NCBI GenBank assembly: GCA_965223325.1
Contig: CBDCWI010000002.1
Span: 3,424,001 to 3,488,000, forward strand
Direction of reading: 5' to 3'
Length of the DNA: 64,000 nt
Source of the DNA: Candidatus Multivoradales bacterium
Lineage (GTDB): Bacteria > Acidobacteriota > Thermoanaerobaculia > Multivoradales > Multivoraceae
The notes beneath the pieces were generated by a model that worked only from the letters and a program-made list of their open reading frames with translations, was not told the DNA's origin and did no database searches. The first letter of the stretch is position 1, and each line of letters starts with the position of its first letter. The position numbers and the translations under genes are program-made. Below, piece by piece: positions 26,924 through 36,170 of this stretch.

Positions 26924-28620
26924 GACGCTTGGGCCTCGGCGGCCGAGCTGGTTTCGGTGAGCCCGAGAATCTGCAGGGTCATCGGTCGTACGTCGAGCTC
27001 TTCGAGGAGAGAGCGGCCGATGGAGGTGCCATGGCGCCCCACGAAGTGACCCACCGAAAGTGAACGCTCCTGCAGCGACCCTCCGGGTAGGAGTGCGTCG
27101 CGAAGGGTCGCCACTCGTCGATGCAGAACTTCGTCGCGACGTGCGGCTGCAGCGCGAATCCGAGCACCGAACTGCTCGAGCCCCTTGGCGACCCGGTCGC
27201 GGGTTTTCTGGTATCCAGCGCCCAGCTGCGGGTCGAGAAGCAGAGCGCGTTCGCCCATTGCATCGAGCGCCGCCAACACCGCCGCTGTGTCGCCTTCGAT
27301 GAAGTCGACCGGCTGGCGCTCTGCCAGCGCCTCCTCGAGGCGGGCGGCCGAGCCGACCATGACCGCCAGCTCGATACCCTCGGCGACCAGCTGCTCGATC
27401 TGTTCGACACGGCGCTCACCGATAACGGCGATCTGTGGCCGAAGCGCCGCGGCAGGCGCCGCTACACCGAGCGGCTCATAGAGAGCCGAAGCCTGCGCCA
27501 TGTAGCTCATCTCGCCGGCACCCAACACTTGCAGGGTCGTTCCCAGGACCGCGTCCTGAACCAGGGGCCGCGCGAGTGCGCCCGGGCTCACACGCGCTGG
27601 CTCCACTTCGAGCAGCTCGAGGAGCTCCACAACTGGCCTTTTGGTCCCCTCGGGGTCGCCGCGCAGCACGAAGTGGTCGCTGCCACTCCACTCGGCCCGC
27701 CGCCGGCAGCCGTCTTCGATCACGAAGATCGGGGGGCTTGCGCCCGGCTGCGGGCTGACCTGTAAGCCGTAGCCTCCCTTTGTGATCTCCTCCTCGCGCG
27801 CCCGCAAGGCGTCGTCGAGCTCGGCACGACGCTCGATCAACCAGCGCAGAAACGGCACCTGCTGGCGCTTGAGCTCTGGATCGGTGGAATCGAGGAGCAG
27901 TGGGCAGCGCCCTCCAAGTAGCTCGACGAGGAGCGCCCCGAATGCGCTGCCGAAGCCCGCGTCTACACAGTAGTGACGAGACAGCTTGCGCAGCGTCTCA
28001 CCCCACGCCGGCCAGGGTGTTCGGGTGGCCACCGATTCGAGCAGATCACAGCAGTTGCCGAGCTGCCGGGCCGCCACCGGAGCCATCTCGCTCGCCAGGG
28101 GATCCTCGAGGGTCACCGACTCGACGCCCTCGCCGACCTGGAAGTTGGCGCTCGCGACCTCTCGAAAGTCGTGGTCTTCGGTTGCCATCCAGAAGACCGC
28201 GACAGCTGGTTCGCCGGTTGTTTCGGCGATTCGCTCGGCCCATCGAACTGCAGCCACCGCTTTTGTCAAGCAGTAGAGAGGTCCACCGAAAAGGCCGGGC
28301 TGCTGACCGGTGACGACCACCCGTGCACTGGTGTCCGCCAGGCGCTCCGCCTGAGCGTCAGCACCGGGATGGCCGAGGGCTCGGTTGGCGCTGGCCAGGG
28401 ACTCTGCCAGGCGCACTCTGTCGGCTCCTGGCTGGGCCGATGGCAGAGTGAGCGGCACCGAAAGCGCCGACGACGCGAGTCCCTGGTCACCGATCCACCT
28501 CGGGTCGGCCGGCACCATGGGAGCAATCAAGCCAGGTCGGTCGCCTTTGGCGATCGCTAGCGCCAGGGGCGACAGACCGGCCGGGCCATCAACGCCATCG
28601 GAGGAGAGGTCGAGGGTCAC
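26920..28620 (-). CDS. bshC: Bacillithiol cysteine-adding enzyme (start uncertain)
   Basis: VVTGQQPGLFGGPLY, VFWMATEDHDF.E, SPGALARPLVQD, GAGEMSYMAQ, P.GSLQER. Confidence 0.9.
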   Translation of the reverse strand: MTLDLSSDGVDGPAGLSPLALAIAKGDRPGLIAPMVPADPRWIGDQGLASSALSVPLTLPSAQPGADRVRLAESLASANRALGHPGADAQAERLADTSARVVVTGQQPGLFGGPLYCLTKAVAAVRWAERIAETTGEPAVAVFWMATEDHDFREVASANFQVGEGVESVTLEDPLASEMAPVAARQLGNCCDLLESVATRTPWPAWGETLRKLSRHYCVDAGFGSAFGALLVELLGGRCPLLLDSTDPELKRQQVPFLRWLIERRAELDDALRAREEEITKGGYGLQVSPQPGASPPIFVIEDGCRRRAEWSGSDHFVLRGDPEGTKRPVVELLELLEVEPARVSPGALARPLVQDAVLGTTLQVLGAGEMSYMAQASALYEPLGVAAPAAALRPQIAVIGERRVEQIEQLVAEGIELAVMVGSAARLEEALAERQPVDFIEGDTAAVLAALDAMGERALLLDPQLGAGYQKTRDRVAKGLEQFGARIRAAAARRDEVLHRRVATLRDALLPGGSLQERSLSVGHFVGRHGTSIGRSLLEELDVRPMTLQILGLTETSSAAEAQAS

Positions 28621-28793
28621 CTTGGGGCATGGACACACGTGGTTCGGGCTTTCGGCCGTCTGGCTGTTGTTTGGGCGGTTCTGAGGTGGGAGGGTTCGAA
28701 AGTGCTTCAGAGCACGAGGTCGAATCAATGAACGGCCCCCGATGATACGACTGAAGGGTGCTCGAGGTTCCGCCTGGTTGGTATCATCACACG

Positions 28794-29801
28794 ATGCTTC
28801 GAATCGGCGACGTCGGCGTCGCACCCCCGCTCCTGCTGGCGCCGATGGCTGGCGTGACCGACCGCGATTTCCGCTTGATCGTGCGGCGAATCGGTGGTGT
28901 GGGGGTGGTTTCGATGGAGTTCATCTCCTCGCGTGCTCTGACTTCGCCCCACAAGAAGGCCCGCCAGAGCGCTCTCGATCTGATGCACTTCGCCGAGGAA
29001 GAGCGCCCGCTGGCGATCCAGATCTACGGCGCCGACGGCGACACGATGGCTGAGGCCGCCCGCATCGTTGAAGAGCTGGGCGCCGACATCTGCGACATCA
29101 ACATGGGCTGCCCGGCGAACAAGGTGCTCAAGGGCTGCGCTGGCTGCGCGTTGATGGGCGATCTCGAACTCGCCGAAGACATCATCGCCAAGGTGAGGCG
29201 GGTGATCGAAATCCCCCTGACGGTCAAGTTCCGCACCGGAATCGACCAGGCGAACCTCAATCACATCGAACTCGGCCGCATCTGTGCGCACCACGGGGTC
29301 GACGCGGTCACCATGCACGGCCGCACGGCCAAGCAGATGTTTCGTGGCGCCGCCGACTGGTCCGAGATCGCGCGCCTCAAGGAGGCGCTCTCGATTCCGG
29401 TGATCGGCAACGGCGACGTGCGCGAGCCCGAAGATGCCGCAAGCATGCTCGCCGAAACGGGTTGCGACGGTGTCATGGTCGGCCGTGGTGCGACGCGCAA
29501 CCCATGGATCTTCCGGCAGATCGAAGCGCACCTCTCGGGTGGCGCGATCGAGGCACCGAGCCTCAGAGACCGCCGCGAATTGATTCTGGGACACTTCCGA
29601 ATGGTCGCAGGGCGCGAGCCGAACAAGTTCGCACTCCACAAACTGCGCAAGTTCACCGGCTGGTACACCCATGGCCTGCCCCACGGAGCGAAACTCCGGC
29701 GCCAGATTCAAGAGCTCCCAACGGTCGAGGCCTTCTTCGAGGCCACCAGCGAGTTCTTCGAGTTCCTCGAGAACGAGACCGACGGAGAGGTTGCGGCCTG
29801 A
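28794..29801 (+). CDS. dusB: tRNA-dihydrouridine synthase B
   Basis: LAPMAGVTD, DINMGCP, TVKFRTG, HGRT, VIGNGDV, GVMVGRG..NPWIF. Confidence 0.93.
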   Translation: MLRIGDVGVAPPLLLAPMAGVTDRDFRLIVRRIGGVGVVSMEFISSRALTSPHKKARQSALDLMHFAEEERPLAIQIYGADGDTMAEAARIVEELGADICDINMGCPANKVLKGCAGCALMGDLELAEDIIAKVRRVIEIPLTVKFRTGIDQANLNHIELGRICAHHGVDAVTMHGRTAKQMFRGAADWSEIARLKEALSIPVIGNGDVREPEDAASMLAETGCDGVMVGRGATRNPWIFRQIEAHLSGGAIEAPSLRDRRELILGHFRMVAGREPNKFALHKLRKFTGWYTHGLPHGAKLRRQIQELPTVEAFFEATSEFFEFLENETDGEVAA

Positions 29802-29811
29802 AAGGCCCGTG

Positions 29812-30255
29812 ATGAACGACGGCTTGCACGAGATCGACCTCGATGTCGATCCAGATCTCGCCCTGGAAGCCGTCGAGGTTGCCGCCCAGGCATGGGGCGG
29901 AGACTTCGAGCGTCGCGGCAGTGGAGCGCGCATCGAGGTACCGCTGGCGGCCGGCGTCCGGCGCGGTTGGCTCGATGGCAGCGTCGTCGTCCAGACGGAG
30001 GGCTCGGGGTCACGCGTCGCGATCCACACCGAACAACTCGAGTACCGGGTTCACACCGCTTCGGCCTTCATCCTGGCGGTCGGAGCCCTCGCCGGGCTGG
30101 TGACAATCGTCACGCCCTTCGTTCCGTCGCTCCTCCCGCTCCTTCCCGTCTCTGCGATTCTCCTGGTGGTGACCTGGCTCCTGGTCGTCGCCCGTCTCCG
30201 GCACCGCAATCTAGACGACTTTCTGGCCGCCGTGCGCGAGATCTCGGCCACCTGA
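29812..30255 (+). CDS. Hypothetical membrane protein
   Basis: Directly downstream of dusB; two C-terminal hydrophobic segments. Confidence 0.65.
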   Translation: MNDGLHEIDLDVDPDLALEAVEVAAQAWGGDFERRGSGARIEVPLAAGVRRGWLDGSVVVQTEGSGSRVAIHTEQLEYRVHTASAFILAVGALAGLVTIVTPFVPSLLPLLPVSAILLVVTWLLVVARLRHRNLDDFLAAVREISAT

Positions 30256-30281
30256 AGGAATGGCGGCTAGCAAGTCCGCGT

Positions 30282-30287
30282 TATAAT
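30282..30287 (+). promoter_or_regulatory. Probable -10 box of ssrA promoter
   Basis: Perfect TATAAT about 40 bp upstream of the tmRNA 5' end, in GC-rich DNA. Confidence 0.5.
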
Positions 30288-30326
30288 GGTGTGCTGGCCC
30301 GCAAAGGGCCTTGTCGTGCGAATCGT

Positions 30327-30678
30327 GGGGGCGTCAGGCTTCGACGGGGAACATGACGTTCAGGAGTTTGCGTGTCGAGTCTCCGGCTCGCCAAACCGGA
30401 AAACAACACTCGCCAACGACAACTTGGCTCTGGCAGCTTAAACCGCTACCAGCGCTCCACCGGAAGCCTTGATTCGCGGCGTCCGGGACGAGCGACGTTA
30501 AAGTGAATCACCGGGTGCGGGTTGTCTCGCACCGCACCCGGCGAAATTGCGAGGCTAGCGACCACGCTGGGAGTCTTCACCCAAGGCGTGCGGGCGAATC
30601 TCAAAACAGAAGACTACGCACGTAGACGCTCCTGGGCGTGTTCTTCGGACGTGGGTTCAATTCCCACCGCCTCCACCA
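30327..30678 (+). ncRNA. ssrA: tmRNA
   Basis: 5' GGGGGCG..GGCTTCGAC; tag frame 30412-30441 ANDNLALAA*; 3' GACGTGGGTTCAATTCCCACCGCCTCCACCA. Confidence 0.96.
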
Positions 30679-30863
30679 GACTTTCCTCCTGAACACTTCG
30701 ACCGGCTCCCCTGGGGCCGGTCGTCTTGCGTCGCTGCCAGACCGCGATCCCCCGATGCCCAACCGGCCACCGTTCGACCTGGCTAGAGCGAAAGGGCGCG
30801 CTGTGGGATGCTGCGGGCACAAACCCGCCATGCACCGACTGATCGCCACCTGAGGGAAGTCTC

Positions 30864-31286
30864 GTGAACCACTTCTTGATGCCAGTTCTAGCCTTGATCG
30901 TCTGGACCTTCGCCATGTGGACCTTGATGTACTGGCGGCGCATTCCCGCGATGACCGCCGTCAGCCGAGACACCCAGGAGTTCATCCGGCGACCCGACCT
31001 GATGTCACAGCTGCCTGCCCGCGTTCGCTGGGCGGCCGATAACTACAACCACCTCCACGAACAACCGACGGTCTTCTACGCTCTGGCCCTGGTGCTCTTC
31101 GTCACCGGACAAACCAACCCGATCAACCTCTACCTGGCCTGGGGGTACGTGGCACTGCGCGTAGTCCACAGCTTCGTCCAAGTGACGGCCAACCGCGTGC
31201 TGTTGCGGTTCGGGCTCTTCGGGACTTCCTCGCTCATCCTCATGGCCCTGGCGGCACGGGCCGTCGCTGGACTCCTGGCCCAATAG
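30864..31286 (+). CDS. MAPEG family membrane protein
   Basis: ADNYNHLHEQP.VFY, AWGYVALRVVHS. Confidence 0.88.
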   Translation: MNHFLMPVLALIVWTFAMWTLMYWRRIPAMTAVSRDTQEFIRRPDLMSQLPARVRWAADNYNHLHEQPTVFYALALVLFVTGQTNPINLYLAWGYVALRVVHSFVQVTANRVLLRFGLFGTSSLILMALAARAVAGLLAQ

Positions 31287-31557
31287 ATCGCCGGCTGCAA
31301 ACGCGTCGCCTATGAGCTCTGCTTCACCATCCAGCACGGAGAGCGGACAACCATCGAGGACCTGGCCCGCGCAGCCAACGTTTCCGTCGCCGAGATCAAA
31401 GCGTGGAACCCCGGATCTCGCAGACCGAAAGCCGAGTGCTGTGCTGGAACCCGGGATTCGCGTCACCGTCAGGCTCGAGAGCACCGAGAGAGCTTCGATG
31501 GTCCAGAGCGCCAACGCCTTCATGAACGAAAAGGGCGGTTTGCTCGACATCAGATGA
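31287..31557 (+). pseudogene. LysM-like domain remnant, frameshifted in a C-run at 31409-31412
   Basis: Frame from 31287 gives ..TIEDLARAANVSVAEIKAWNP; the +1 frame continues DLADRKPSAVLEPGIRVTV; no start codon. Confidence 0.5.
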
Positions 31558-31595
31558 GCGTCTTCGGAATGTAGAGGCCGGCGGGCACTCGGTGG

Positions 31596-32642
31596 TCAGG
31601 CGAGGCCCAGCGCAGCAATGGACTCGCGATAGGGCGCTTCGAGTACGCCACGGTCGGTGATGATCGCAGTGACCAACTCGGCCGGAGTGACGTCGAAGGC
31701 ATAGTTGAACGCCGGCGCGTCGGCCGGGGTAATCGCGGTCCCGAAGACTTCCCTCACTTCGTCCGGGCTGCGCTGCTCGATCGGAATCTCATCGCCGCTG
31801 GCTGCGTGCGGGTCAATCGTCGAGACCGGAGCCGCCACGTAGAACGGGATCTCGTGGCGCTGGGCCAGTACGGCGAGTACGTAGGTCCCGATCTTGTTGG
31901 CCGCGTCACCGTTGGCGGCGATGCGATCGGCTCCAACGACGATGCGATCGACGTGGCCACGCGCCATCAGCGCGCCGGCGCTCGAATCGGTCACCACGTG
32001 GTACGGGATGGCCGAGCGTGAGAGCTCCCAGGCCGTCAGGCGTGCACCTTGAAGCAGCGGCCGGGTTTCGTCGACCCAGACCGTCGCCAGGCGACCGGCA
32101 GCCCAGGCCGACTGAATCACCCCAATCGCCGTGCCGTAACCTGCCGTGGCCAGCGCTCCGGCGTTGCAGTGGGTCATGACCCGATCGCCGGCCGCAAAGA
32201 GCTCGGCACCGTGACGCCCGATGGCCTGGTTGGCTTCGATGTCTTCGCGGTGCAACCGGTCAGCCCAGGCAAGAAGCTCCTCCCCGAGCTCGCCGTCAGC
32301 GAGCGCCCTGTGCCGGGCCTCGAGAGCTGCGCCCTGCTCCAGTGCCCAGCGCAGGTTGACTGCCGTCGGCCTGGTGCCCATCAAGAGATCGTAGGCTGCC
32401 GAAACCCCTGCCCGCCCATCGCGCCGCACGGCGAGCACCAACCCGTAGGCCGCGGCCACGCCAATCGCCGGTGCGCCGCGCACGGCCAGGCGCACGATGG
32501 CGTCGGCCACGTCTTCGGGACCGCGGCATTCGAGCCAGGTCTCCCGGTGGGGAAGAAGCGTCTGCTCGAGCAGCTCGAGATGATCGTCGCGCCAGCGAAT
32601 CGGAGAGAAGATTGGTTCGTGAACCATTCGTTCGTCACTCAC
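31596..32642 (-). CDS. mtnA: S-methyl-5-thioribose-1-phosphate isomerase
   Basis: VRGAPAIG, RPTAVNL, THCNAGALAT..YGTA, DETRPLLQGARLT, GADRIAANGD.ANKIGTY, FDVTP. Confidence 0.96.
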   Translation of the reverse strand: MSDERMVHEPIFSPIRWRDDHLELLEQTLLPHRETWLECRGPEDVADAIVRLAVRGAPAIGVAAAYGLVLAVRRDGRAGVSAAYDLLMGTRPTAVNLRWALEQGAALEARHRALADGELGEELLAWADRLHREDIEANQAIGRHGAELFAAGDRVMTHCNAGALATAGYGTAIGVIQSAWAAGRLATVWVDETRPLLQGARLTAWELSRSAIPYHVVTDSSAGALMARGHVDRIVVGADRIAANGDAANKIGTYVLAVLAQRHEIPFYVAAPVSTIDPHAASGDEIPIEQRSPDEVREVFGTAITPADAPAFNYAFDVTPAELVTAIITDRGVLEAPYRESIAALGLA

Positions 32643-32676
32643 GGAGCGATGCTACCCGGTGCTACCGTTCCGGACC

Positions 32677-33837
32677 ATGAAGAAGAAGGACCACCACGCT
32701 CACGGTTTCTCGACCCGTTCAATTCACGCTGGTCAGGACCCCGACCCGCGTACCGGTGCCGTCTCGGTGCCGATCTACCAGACTTCGACGTTCGCCTTCG
32801 AGCGCTTCGGCGAACACAAGGGGTACGACTACTCGCGCGCCGGCAATCCCACTCGCGAAGCTCTCGAGGAGTGCTGCGCCGCGCTGGAGGCGGGAGTCGC
32901 CGGCACCGCCTTCGCATCCGGTATGGCAGCGATCACTACTTTGATGACGATGGCACGCACCGGCGAGCGCGTGGTGTTCTCGCGCAACGTCTACGGCGGA
33001 ACCTGGCGGCTGCTCGACAAGGTGCTCGAACGCTACGGCATCGATGATGTCTGGGTTGACACCACCGACCTCACGGCGGTCGAGGAAGCGGTGAACGACG
33101 AGACACGCCTGGTGTTTCTCGAGTCACCCACCAATCCGATGATGGAAATCACCGACATCCGACGGGTCTCCGAAATCGCACACGCAAAGGGCGCCAAGGT
33201 GGCGGTCGACAACACGTTTCTGTCGCCGTACTTTCAACAACCTCTGGAGCTCGGAGCTGACATCGCGATGCACTCGACGACCAAGTACCTGAACGGGCAC
33301 AGCGATGGCATCGGCGGAATCCTGGTGGCCAAGCACACCGAAGATGCCGAGTGGTTCGAGTTTGTCCAGAAGTCCGCCGGGGGCGTCCCCGGCCCCTTCG
33401 ACTGCTTCTTGACCCTTCGCGGCATCAAGACCCTGGCCGTACGCATGGAGCGCCACCAGGAGAACGCCATGGCGCTGGCCGAGTACCTCGCCGAGCACCC
33501 CAAGGTTTCGCGGGTGCTCTACCCCGGCCTCCCCGGCACTCCTGGCCACGAACTGCAGAAGAGCCAGGGCGGGTTCGGCGGCATGATCACCTTCTTCGTC
33601 AACGGCCTCGATGAGGCACAGCGCGTACTCGAGAACGTCGAGATCATGTTGCTCGCAGAAAGCCTCGGCGGCGTCGAAACCCTGATCAGCCATCCAGCGT
33701 CGATGACCCACGCATCGGTCGAGCCCGAGCGCCGCGCAGAGCTCGGGATCACCGACGGGCTGGTGCGCATCTCGGTGGGCATCGAAGACTCAGACGACCT
33801 GCTTGCCGATCTCGATTCTGCCCTCGCGGCCGTATAA
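32677..33837 (+). CDS. Cystathionine gamma-lyase/synthase (Cys/Met PLP family)
   Basis: PIYQTSTF, YSRAGNPTR, FASGMAA, ESPTNP, VDNTF, HSTTKYLNGHSD, AESLGGVE. Confidence 0.93.
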   Translation: MKKKDHHAHGFSTRSIHAGQDPDPRTGAVSVPIYQTSTFAFERFGEHKGYDYSRAGNPTREALEECCAALEAGVAGTAFASGMAAITTLMTMARTGERVVFSRNVYGGTWRLLDKVLERYGIDDVWVDTTDLTAVEEAVNDETRLVFLESPTNPMMEITDIRRVSEIAHAKGAKVAVDNTFLSPYFQQPLELGADIAMHSTTKYLNGHSDGIGGILVAKHTEDAEWFEFVQKSAGGVPGPFDCFLTLRGIKTLAVRMERHQENAMALAEYLAEHPKVSRVLYPGLPGTPGHELQKSQGGFGGMITFFVNGLDEAQRVLENVEIMLLAESLGGVETLISHPASMTHASVEPERRAELGITDGLVRISVGIEDSDDLLADLDSALAAV

Positions 33838-33879
33838 GGCATCGAGCGCCGCCGGGCCTCGCCTGGCCGCCGATGGCGC

Positions 33880-34530
33880 TCAACGCCAGCGGCCCGTCCG
33901 TGGATCGCGGATCGCGAGCATGAGGCGACCAGCCCGGTTGGATACCCGCACCGCCGCTAGGTGGTTGCGGTGGTCGGTGAGGTAGACGGTCCCGGGGGTG
34001 GCGCCGCCGAAGGGTGTGAAAGACGCGATGTCGGAGCGATTGAAGCGGATCGGGTCATCGAGGCGATCGAGCGGACGCGAAACACCTGGCGTGCGGAGAT
34101 CGGGCACCGGTGGAAACCCGAAGCCGATGCGACGCCCGAGGTGCGAGAGCGGTTTGATCGGTCCGATCAGCGGATCAACACCGGCCCGAATGTCCTCGGT
34201 GAGCACGCCGTCGCCATCGCCGTCGCGGTAGATGCCGTAGCTCACGCGCTCCTGTTCGTCGACCCAGAACTTGACACCGCAGCGCGCCGAATGCCTGATC
34301 GCGGTCGCCCGCGCCTGGTACAGCACCGACAGCACCTCGTGCGCGGCGAGCTCGACGCGCAGGCGCGCTGAGAGCGCCATTAGCGGAGGAACGGTCAGGC
34401 ACGCAACCAGCGACAGCACGCCGAGCACGATGAGCAGTTCGAGAAGGGTGTGGCCTGCGGCAACCTCGGGCGTTGCCGGGCCCGCAGGCCGCGTCTCAAG
34501 CGCGCGTTGTCGCCGCAGGCCAGGGAGCAT
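33880..34530 (-). CDS. FimT/GspH-like minor pilin
   Basis: G-HTLLELLIVLGVL prepilin motif; ARATAI; F.PFGGATPGTVYL. Confidence 0.8.
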   Translation of the reverse strand: MLPGLRRQRALETRPAGPATPEVAAGHTLLELLIVLGVLSLVACLTVPPLMALSARLRVELAAHEVLSVLYQARATAIRHSARCGVKFWVDEQERVSYGIYRDGDGDGVLTEDIRAGVDPLIGPIKPLSHLGRRIGFGFPPVPDLRTPGVSRPLDRLDDPIRFNRSDIASFTPFGGATPGTVYLTDHRNHLAAVRVSNRAGRLMLAIRDPRTGRWR

Positions 34531-34537
34531 CTCTCAG

Positions 34538-34915
34538 CTACTCCTGCCGCTCGTTACTGGCGCTGTCGTCGTTGCTGGCACTCTTGCGCGGCGGGCGGAC
34601 CTTCTCCGCGAGGGTGGTCTTCCCCTCGAGGACGACGTAGGGCCGCAACAGATCAAAGGTCTTGTCGCCGATTCCCTCGACCAGCATGAGATCTTCGACC
34701 TGGCGGAATGGCCCTTCGGCCTCGCGATAGTCGATGATGCGCTTAGCGACTGCCGGACCGATGCGTGGCAGCAACTCGAGCTGTTCGGCGGTCGCCGTGT
34801 TGACGTTGACCTTGCCGTCGGCTGCACTGGCCATGCCGGCCATCGAGAGTGCGATGACCAGCGCTACGACGGCGACACGTGCGAACTGGGTCGCTTGACT
34901 GATTCTCTGGAACAT
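34538..34915 (-). CDS. comEA: ComEA-like helix-hairpin-helix DNA-binding protein
   Basis: Signal peptide; KVNVNTAT..QLELLPRIGPAVAKRIIDYRE..GPF..VEDLM.VEGIG. Confidence 0.9.
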   Translation of the reverse strand: MFQRISQATQFARVAVVALVIALSMAGMASAADGKVNVNTATAEQLELLPRIGPAVAKRIIDYREAEGPFRQVEDLMLVEGIGDKTFDLLRPYVVLEGKTTLAEKVRPPRKSASNDDSASNERQE

Positions 34916-34991
34916 TGGTGTTTCTCCTTCACTCGTCGGGGGGCCAGATTCGAATCACTGATGCCGGGGGCGCCCTCCTTGGGCTCTGTGA

Positions 34992-35036
34992 AAAACGGAT
35001 GGGCCCCACGTTCTGTCTCGCAAGGCCCATCCCCCC
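34992..35036 (-). terminator. Intrinsic terminator-like hairpin upstream of comEA
   Basis: Minus strand GGATGGGCC...GGCCCATCC followed by GTTTTTC. Confidence 0.55.
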
Positions 35037-35486
35037 TAAAACATCGGTATCGATTCGGTCCGAGCCTCCTCTCCTGTGTCTGGCCCGGAGCGCCTGCTGC
35101 CACGGCGGCCACGGGTGCTCCGGAGATGGCCGCGCACTCTCGAGAGTGCGCAACCGGCTTCTGTCGGAGAGCTATTGAAAGTCGCCTGCCAAGCTCGGCT
35201 CGGGCCACCAGAGCGTTTGCAAGACACTCAAAACAAACAAGTTGCGGCGGCCTCCTTGGCCGGCGCGGAGTGCCTGGCTGTCAGAGAAACCTGCCCCCTC
35301 GAGGCGCTATCGGGGCGGCAATGGCGCTCTCGATGCCGGTCTGCGCTCGCTCCGCGCCGGCGTGTGGAGGAGTGCAGAAGATTCTGGCCACCTGGCCAGA
35401 ATCTTCTGACGGTGGAATCGCCGGCGCGACTTTGCAGTGCAACTCGACCAGGCGGCTCAACGAAGAGTGCGATAGATTGCCCGGCT

Positions 35487-36149
35487 ATGCCTGAACGCTC
35501 CGTCACCCGAGAGTGGATCGAGGCCTTGATCGTCGCCGCGATCTTCCTGGGCTTCTCCAACACCTTCGTTCTCAAGACCTTCTACATCCCGAGCGGGTCG
35601 ATGGAGGACACCCTCCTGGTCGGGGACCACTTGATCGTCAACCGCTTCATCTACGGCGCGACGCTCGGCGAACTCGAAAAGAAGGCGCTTCCAGAGCGCG
35701 CGGTCGAGCGCGGTGACATCGTCATCTTCCGAGCCCCCGAGGAGCCCGAGCTCGACCTGGTGAAGCGATGTATCGGCGTGGCCGGCGACCGCGTCGAAGT
35801 TCACGATCGCCAGCTGGTGATCAATGGCACTCCAGTCGATGAGGCCGGCTACGTCAGACACAAGGTTCCCAACATCGTGCGCCCGGACTTCCCGACCTAC
35901 GTCGTGCCGCCGGACCACCTCTTCTGCCTGGGTGATAACCGTGACTATTCGAAAGACTCGCGGGTATGGGGGCCGGTACCGCTCGAACTGGTCAAGGGCC
36001 GCGCCTTCCTCATCTACTGGTCGAACGGCGGCGAAACACCAGATGGCACCTGGACAGGGATGAAAGACCGGCTGGCGATGGCGCTGCGAACCGCGAAGGG
36101 CTTTCCGACCAACACGCGCTGGTCGCGGACCTTCCAGCTCATTCGGTAG
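35487..36149 (+). CDS. lepB: Signal peptidase I (copy 1)
   Basis: IPSGSME.TL.VGD, RGDIVIF, LVKRCIG, GDNRDYSKDSR.WG. Confidence 0.93.
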   Translation: MPERSVTREWIEALIVAAIFLGFSNTFVLKTFYIPSGSMEDTLLVGDHLIVNRFIYGATLGELEKKALPERAVERGDIVIFRAPEEPELDLVKRCIGVAGDRVEVHDRQLVINGTPVDEAGYVRHKVPNIVRPDFPTYVVPPDHLFCLGDNRDYSKDSRVWGPVPLELVKGRAFLIYWSNGGETPDGTWTGMKDRLAMALRTAKGFPTNTRWSRTFQLIR

Positions 36150-36170
36150 GCCTTCGCGACAAACCTGTCG

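Noticed and set aside
35419-35437. Sigma54 promoter for lepB (CGGCGCGACTTTGCA)
   Set aside because: GG-to-GC spacing is 9 nt instead of the required 10
34271-35494. Long ORFs over the comEA region and many other antisense ORFs
   Set aside because: Expected shadow ORFs in high-GC DNA; they overlap well-supported genes and have no motifs
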